Shown here: positions 56,876-61,835 of the stretch, piece by piece
How positions within the stretch are numbered: the stretch's first letter is position 1
Layout: every line of letters starts with the position of its first letter
Assembly: GCA_045046875.1 (NCBI GenBank)
Contig: JASFYY010000009.1
Span: 1-61,835, forward strand
Length of the DNA: 61,835 nt
Source of the DNA: Verrucomicrobiota bacterium
GTDB taxonomy: Bacteria; Verrucomicrobiota; Verrucomicrobiia; Verrucomicrobiales; DEV007
Direction: 5' to 3'
Notes under the pieces: model-generated
The model's database searches: none
What the model was told of the DNA's origin: nothing
The model's input: the letters and a program-made list of their open reading frames with translations, nothing else
Made by a program: the position numbers and the translations under genes

Positions 56876-57191
56876 GGTAGTGATTTTTATCAAACATTCG
56901 ATTGGCCGCCGTGTCGCGCTTTTTGTTCAAGCTTTTTGCGGGCAATGTCCTGCCGCAGACAGTATCCACAGCGAAGGCAGAGTCAAGTTGAGGGGTGAGA
57001 GGGCGGGGAACATTTTATATTTGAAAATACCGTCCGGGGCTAGCGGTTTCAGGAGAGGCTAGGGGGGATGTAGCATTGACCCGTTGAGGCTACAGTTTTG
57101 CAAATAATCCATCAAGATCGATTTGCCGGGCAATTAACATCAAACAATCCATTGCGAGGCAAGTATCACGACTTTTTTAGAGTCAGCTTTG

Positions 57192-57299
57192 CTACGATGA
57201 TAATCTCGTCTTTAAGCCTGCATCACCCAGTCGAATAGCCAGAGAGGCACCTGAAACAGGCGCTCCTACTATGGCTACATCGAAAGCTGTGGTTTGCAC
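57192..57299 (-). pseudogene. N-terminal remnant of an FAD-dependent oxidoreductase
   Basis: 35-aa ORF (V/M)QTTAFDVAIVGAPVSGASLAIRLGDAGLKTRLSS*, a decayed Rossmann motif starting 24 nt after the upstream gene's stop. Confidence 0.55.
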
Positions 57300-57323
57300 G
57301 GGATTAACAAGGTTTGATTCAGT

Positions 57324-57734
57324 TTAGTTAACGTTTATATTAGGTCTCCCTATAGCGGCGTGACAATTAGTGCATTGTCCTCTGAGTTGGGTAAAGGCGA
57401 TGGCAGCAGATTTCTCATCACTGCGTTTGAGAGCCTTTCTCAAATCCTTGTAAGAGCTGGATTCCCAGGCAGTCAACATGGGTTTGAGGTCAACTTTTCC
57501 TCCGCCTTTGTTTTGTGCGATGGGGGCTAGTTCCACACCTGAGCGAACACTGCGACCGATCGCAGCAGCCGCGTTGTCTGCCTCGGCAAAGTTCCCCTGT
57601 TGGGTTTTTTCGGATGCCTGTTTCAGCATTGCGTTGGCTTCGCGCATTTGCGTGACTGCGGGAGTGGTGACGCAAGAGCTCAGGGCGATCAGAGCTGCGG
57701 AGAGGACTAGAAAAGTCGAGAATGCTTGTTTCAT
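57324..57734 (-). CDS. Small helical lipoprotein with C-terminal CxxCH (cytochrome c'-like)
   Basis: Lipobox LSSC, predicted helical body, CTNCH near the C-terminus. Confidence 0.6.
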   Translation of the reverse strand: MKQAFSTFLVLSAALIALSSCVTTPAVTQMREANAMLKQASEKTQQGNFAEADNAAAAIGRSVRSGVELAPIAQNKGGGKVDLKPMLTAWESSSYKDLRKALKRSDEKSAAIAFTQLRGQCTNCHAAIGRPNINVN

Positions 57735-58039
57735 AGCTGGTGTTACGAGCCCCATTTTTTTACCTAGACTGGGTATCTACAGACGAATTTTATTTATTCG
57801 CCTTTACGGGAAGGTATAGCTATTTATGCATGCAGCTAGCAAAAATACCAGTTTATGATGCTTAAGAGTATATTGTCATTCGCAGCAGTTTGGCGATTAC
57901 TTGTCACAAACTTCGTAATTACGAGTTGCCTGTGTTAAAAAGGAGCCTGCGCCTTAAAAGCACAGTGTGCTTTACGCACGGTGGATTGTTGGAGAATTTA
58001 TTTGTGCAAGTCAGGGGATACGCTTCATTCTCACTCCTC

Positions 58040-59434
58040 ATGGCAGACATAGAATCTTTAAAACAGGCTTTGGCCGTTTCTCCCAATAACACTCCCTTGA
58101 TTCTGATGTTGGCTGGTGCGTATTTGGATCAATTCTCTTTGGAAGGAGCTCGTGAGGCTTTTGAGCAGGCTTTGAGTATTGAGCCGAACAGCCCTGATGC
58201 CAAGGTGGGCATTGCCCGAATATTGGAGTTGAATGGAAAAAGCTCGGAGGCGATTATCCGTTTGGAGCAACTTTGCGAAGAAGTTCCAGAGCATGCGCCG
58301 GCTTGGTTTTTGAGAAGCAAGCTGGCGTTGACAGAGGACAATGGGCTGGATGCCCGTAAATATTACGAGCAGGCGATTTCGATTGATGTGACCTTGGTAG
58401 ATGAGGATCTGTTGCTGCGGATTGAGCAGGCGGGAGGGAAAGCTTTGGCCGAAGCTGGTAAGGAAAAACCCGCGGCGCAAACGGCGGAAGGGTGGCAGGC
58501 TGAGTTTGAATCCAGTGAGGAGGATGGGGGTGATGCCGATGGCATTTTTGATGATTTGGAAATCAATTTTGTTGAAAAGGCAGATGTGAATTTTTCCAAA
58601 GTGGGTGGCATGGAAACGGTGAAGGAGGATATTCGTATGAAAATCCTATACCCGTTACAGAATAAGGAACTGTTCGAAGCTTATGGGAAAAAAGCAGGCG
58701 GGGGTGTTTTGTTATACGGGCCCCCAGGGTGCGGGAAAACTTTGATCAGTCGCGCTACGGCAGGGGAGATCAACGCCAAGTTCATTTCTGTGGGTCTTCA
58801 TCAAATACTCGATATGTGGATGGGTAAAAGTGAAGAGAAGCTGCATGAGCTGTTTGAATTGGCACGTCGCCATGCCCCCTCTGTGTTGTTTTTTGATGAG
58901 ATAGATGCTTTGGCGGCGGATCGGAAAGATCTGCGTGCATCAGCGGGTAGGACTTTGATCAATCAGTTCCTTGCCGAACTCGATGGCAGCATGGAGGAGA
59001 ACGACGGGGTGTTGGTATTGGGGGCTACCAATGTTCCTTGGCATTTGGATTCCGCTTTTCTGAGGCCAGGTCGTTTTGACCGGCTTATTTTTGTGCCACC
59101 TCCGGATGTCCTAGCACGGGTGGACATCGTTAATATCATGGCAGAGGGCAAGCCTGTTGCGGGATTGGATGCTAGGGCCTTGGCGAAACGTACCAAGGAT
59201 TTTTCTGGTGCGGATATCAAGGCGGTGTTTGATCAAGCCACCGAGCTCGCTTTGACGGAAGCGATGAAATCTGGAAAAATTGTTCCAATCACAAGCAAGC
59301 AGTTGGCAAAAACGGCCAAGCTGGTAAAACCCTCGACACGCAAGTGGTTTGAGAGTGCTAAAAATTATGCGTTGTACGCTAATCAAAGTGGCTTTTACGA
59401 TGAAGTGTTGGACTATCTGGGGATTAAAAAATAG
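58040..59434 (+). CDS. TPR-domain classical AAA ATPase
   Basis: N-terminal TPRs, acidic linker, YGPPGCGKT, DMWMGKSE, FFDEID, GATNVPW, RPGRFD; start trimmed to MADIE. Confidence 0.9.
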   Translation: MADIESLKQALAVSPNNTPLILMLAGAYLDQFSLEGAREAFEQALSIEPNSPDAKVGIARILELNGKSSEAIIRLEQLCEEVPEHAPAWFLRSKLALTEDNGLDARKYYEQAISIDVTLVDEDLLLRIEQAGGKALAEAGKEKPAAQTAEGWQAEFESSEEDGGDADGIFDDLEINFVEKADVNFSKVGGMETVKEDIRMKILYPLQNKELFEAYGKKAGGGVLLYGPPGCGKTLISRATAGEINAKFISVGLHQILDMWMGKSEEKLHELFELARRHAPSVLFFDEIDALAADRKDLRASAGRTLINQFLAELDGSMEENDGVLVLGATNVPWHLDSAFLRPGRFDRLIFVPPPDVLARVDIVNIMAEGKPVAGLDARALAKRTKDFSGADIKAVFDQATELALTEAMKSGKIVPITSKQLAKTAKLVKPSTRKWFESAKNYALYANQSGFYDEVLDYLGIKK

Positions 59435-60715
59435 GTGATTGAGGGGCAAGATCAGTATATGCGTGGAGAGTTGATGTTCCAACAGGGACGTTATGAAGAA
59501 GCGGCGGCATTTTTCAAAGAGGCGATTGCGGTAAATCCGGAAAACGACGCAGTTTACGCAGACTTGTCGATGTGTTTGTTGGAAATGGAGGGGCGCCGTA
59601 AGGGTGCTCTGATAGCTATCGATGAAGCGATCAAATTGGATCCGGAATATGGCAATCACAGGGCTTTGCGTGCTTTGGTTCTTTGTCGTTTGGATCGGGG
59701 TAAAGAGGCTTTGATCGCCGCAGATGAGGCGATTGCCTTGGAGCCGGAGGATGCTTTTGCCTATGCGAGCAAAGCGCAGGCATACATGAGTTTGGAGCGT
59801 TGGGCGGATGCGGAGCAGCAGGCAAAACAGTCTTTGGCTCTGGATGGGGATAACAGTTTCGCAGGAAACCTTCTGGCGATGTGTTTGCGCTTGCAGGGCA
59901 AAGTGTCGGAGAATGAACAGCGGGTGGACCAGCTGTTGGCGGATAATCCCGAAGACGCTCTGGCGCACTACAACGCGGCTTGGTCGGCTTTACAGAAAAA
60001 CGATTATAAAAAAGCAGAAGAGCATTTTAAAGAATCCTTGAGGATTGACCCCACTTTTGAAGGAGCACGTGAAGGCTTGATAGAATCGTTTGCCGCACGT
60101 TCGGCTTTTTATCGGGCTTATTTGAAATACTGCTTTTTCATGCAGCGTTTTACTGAAAAAGCACGCTGGGCAATCGTCATCGGGTTTTATTTGGCCTATC
60201 GTTTCGGGGTAGCCATTTTAAGGCAAATCCATCCGATTTTGGCTGTGGTATTTGCTGGGGGGTATTTAATTTTTGTGTTATGGGGCTGGTTGGCTCCAGG
60301 TATTGGGCATTTTTTGATTTTATTGGATCGTTCTGCCCGAATAGCATTAAAAAAGACAGAAAAACTGGACGGCTTGGCTGTGGGCGGAGGTTTGTTGTTA
60401 GGAATGGCTTTGGCGATTGTGGGCGCTGTGTGGGAGCTTGTGCCTTTGATGATAATTGGCGGAGCTTTGTGCGCCGGAACTTTGCCTGCAACATTGGCGT
60501 TGACCAATGAATCAAAACGGGGACGGTGGGTGTTCGGCAGTATAATGGCGTATGTGTATCTTGTAGGTTTGGGGGTAGCGATTGCGGAGGGGGTTCGCTC
60601 CAGTGCCGAAATGGCTGATTGGTCTGTTACCTTGCTGGTGGGTGGTGGGGTGTTAACGTTTCTGTGCACCTGGATTGGAGGTTTGTCCTCTTTGCATAAG
60701 GATGCGGTGGAGTAA
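59435..60715 (+). CDS. TPR-repeat membrane protein
   Basis: About six TPRs followed by about six TM helices; GTG start directly after the AAA stop. Confidence 0.85.
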   Translation: MIEGQDQYMRGELMFQQGRYEEAAAFFKEAIAVNPENDAVYADLSMCLLEMEGRRKGALIAIDEAIKLDPEYGNHRALRALVLCRLDRGKEALIAADEAIALEPEDAFAYASKAQAYMSLERWADAEQQAKQSLALDGDNSFAGNLLAMCLRLQGKVSENEQRVDQLLADNPEDALAHYNAAWSALQKNDYKKAEEHFKESLRIDPTFEGAREGLIESFAARSAFYRAYLKYCFFMQRFTEKARWAIVIGFYLAYRFGVAILRQIHPILAVVFAGGYLIFVLWGWLAPGIGHFLILLDRSARIALKKTEKLDGLAVGGGLLLGMALAIVGAVWELVPLMIIGGALCAGTLPATLALTNESKRGRWVFGSIMAYVYLVGLGVAIAEGVRSSAEMADWSVTLLVGGGVLTFLCTWIGGLSSLHKDAVE

Positions 60716-60767
60716 TGAAAATTCATGAAGATTAGGGCTGAAAGCCTAATCCATCAATGTTCTTGAT

Positions 60768-61688
60768 ATGATTGAAGACTTGCTAAATCAATACCCTAAG
60801 TATCATCATCTGGTTGCTTCAGCACAGTTGGTGTTGGCTATGTTAGGAATGGGCATGGTGATGCGCCCGCGGGATTTTGTTGAGCTTGTATTGGAGCCAA
60901 AACCCATGGTTACGGGAATACTTTACCAGTTGATCGGTATTCCGTTGATCACGATGGTGATGATATATTTCATCAAACTACCCCCTGAGATCGTGGTGGG
61001 TTTTGTGATGTTGGCAGCCATGCCAGGCGGATCGATGTCGAATATTTATACCCACTTGGGAAAAGGTAATGCGGCTTTGTCGGTAGCTTTGACAGGCTTG
61101 ATGACCTTGTTGGCATTGATTACAGCTCCTCTGATATTGAGACTGTTTGCGTCGGATTATATTCCCGCTGAGATAGAAATGCCTGCAGGGGTGATTGTGC
61201 GGGAGATTTTTTTGTATCTGATTTTGCCATTGGTGGCCGGCATGGGAGCCGGGCGTTTATTAGGGATGGGTAAAGCACACATTGTTTCGCAATGGACCGT
61301 ACGTGGCAGCTTGTTGGCATTGGCAGTTCTAATAGTGGGGTCCCTGGGTAGTGGTCGTATCGATGTGGGCTCTTATGGGATTCGGATCCCTTTGTTGGTA
61401 TTTATATATTGTTTGTTTATCCAGGTGGTCATATTGAGAGGATCACGGTATCTGTTGAAGTTTTCCCACCGTGACTCGACCACCCTGGGAATAGAGTCGA
61501 GCATGAAAAACGTCAATTTGAGTTTATTAATAGCAGCATCCTTTTTTGGCCTAGAAGGTCCGAATGCGGATTTTGGAGGAGGAGTTCTTTTTGTGTTATT
61601 GCTTTACGGAGGAGTGAGCTTGGCCGTATCAGCAGTGCCCGCAGTAGCCAATTTTCGACATCTAAAAAATCATCCTGATACAAATTAG
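60768..61688 (+). CDS. Bile acid:sodium symporter (BASS) family transporter
   Basis: MLGMG, PGGSMSNIYT...KGN.ALSV.LT, GIE..MKN. Confidence 0.88.
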   Translation: MIEDLLNQYPKYHHLVASAQLVLAMLGMGMVMRPRDFVELVLEPKPMVTGILYQLIGIPLITMVMIYFIKLPPEIVVGFVMLAAMPGGSMSNIYTHLGKGNAALSVALTGLMTLLALITAPLILRLFASDYIPAEIEMPAGVIVREIFLYLILPLVAGMGAGRLLGMGKAHIVSQWTVRGSLLALAVLIVGSLGSGRIDVGSYGIRIPLLVFIYCLFIQVVILRGSRYLLKFSHRDSTTLGIESSMKNVNLSLLIAASFFGLEGPNADFGGGVLFVLLLYGGVSLAVSAVPAVANFRHLKNHPDTN

Positions 61689-61779
61689 AGGTAGTATAGG
61701 TAGATGTATATAGATGGGGACTGACTCCATTCATATTTTGTGCTTGTGTTGTTGGGAGGGGGTTGATAGGGTGGTTTTT

Positions 61780-61835
61780 ATGAGAAAGACGCGGGGATTT
61801 TTGTTGGGTGAGGCGGGGCAGACGAATTATTATCA
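61780..61835 (+). CDS. Start of a gene cut by the window edge, possibly a REP-associated tyrosine transposase
   Basis: MRKTRGFLLGEAGQTNYY followed by CA (His or Gln); upstream hairpin ATGGGGACTGACTCCAT at 61714-61730. Only 18 codons visible. Confidence 0.3.
   Translation, partial: MRKTRGFLLGEAGQTNYY

Noticed and set aside
56876..57190. T-box leader for thrS
   Set aside because: No T-box consensus or terminator/antiterminator recognised.
57890..58039. N-terminal extension of the AAA ORF from a TTG start
   Set aside because: Looks like promoter DNA; TPR sequence begins at ATG 58040.
60730..60767. Hairpin and ATCAA-N5-TTGAT palindrome before the symporter gene
   Set aside because: Single short occurrence with no second copy or nearby regulator to support an operator call.

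Overview
Bacterial chromosomal DNA, most consistent with a free-living Verrucomicrobiota (PVC) organism. The basis is three DUF1501 genes, two DUF1549/DUF1553 genes, sulfatases, an ECF sigma/FecR pair, a long-form IspH and two L,D-transpeptidases. Housekeeping blocks: hom-thrC-lysC, queH, metE, gap-pgk-tpiA, ftsH, ispH, tRNA-Val(GAC), holA, thrS-infC. Accessory content: the 3' end of a YoeB toxin followed by a degenerate attC-like site, a VTC-DUF4956-porin operon, an HTTM-like gene pair, REP/REPIN-like palindromes and a TPR-AAA/TPR-membrane pair. Best leads not visible in the ORF track: (1) a candidate ~78-nt sRNA at 43709-43786 (-) with its own promoter, 5' hairpin and terminator; (2) an identical TGTAACA-N15-GTTAT motif upstream of both the ECF sigma gene and the DUF1549/DUF1553-DUF1501 operon; (3) divergent clustering of two B12-independent enzymes (QueH, MetE) around a small gene frameshifted in an A8 tract; (4) an AUC start for infC. 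No CRISPR array, rRNA, integrase or prophage was seen. All family calls come from motif recognition by eye; no database searches were run.
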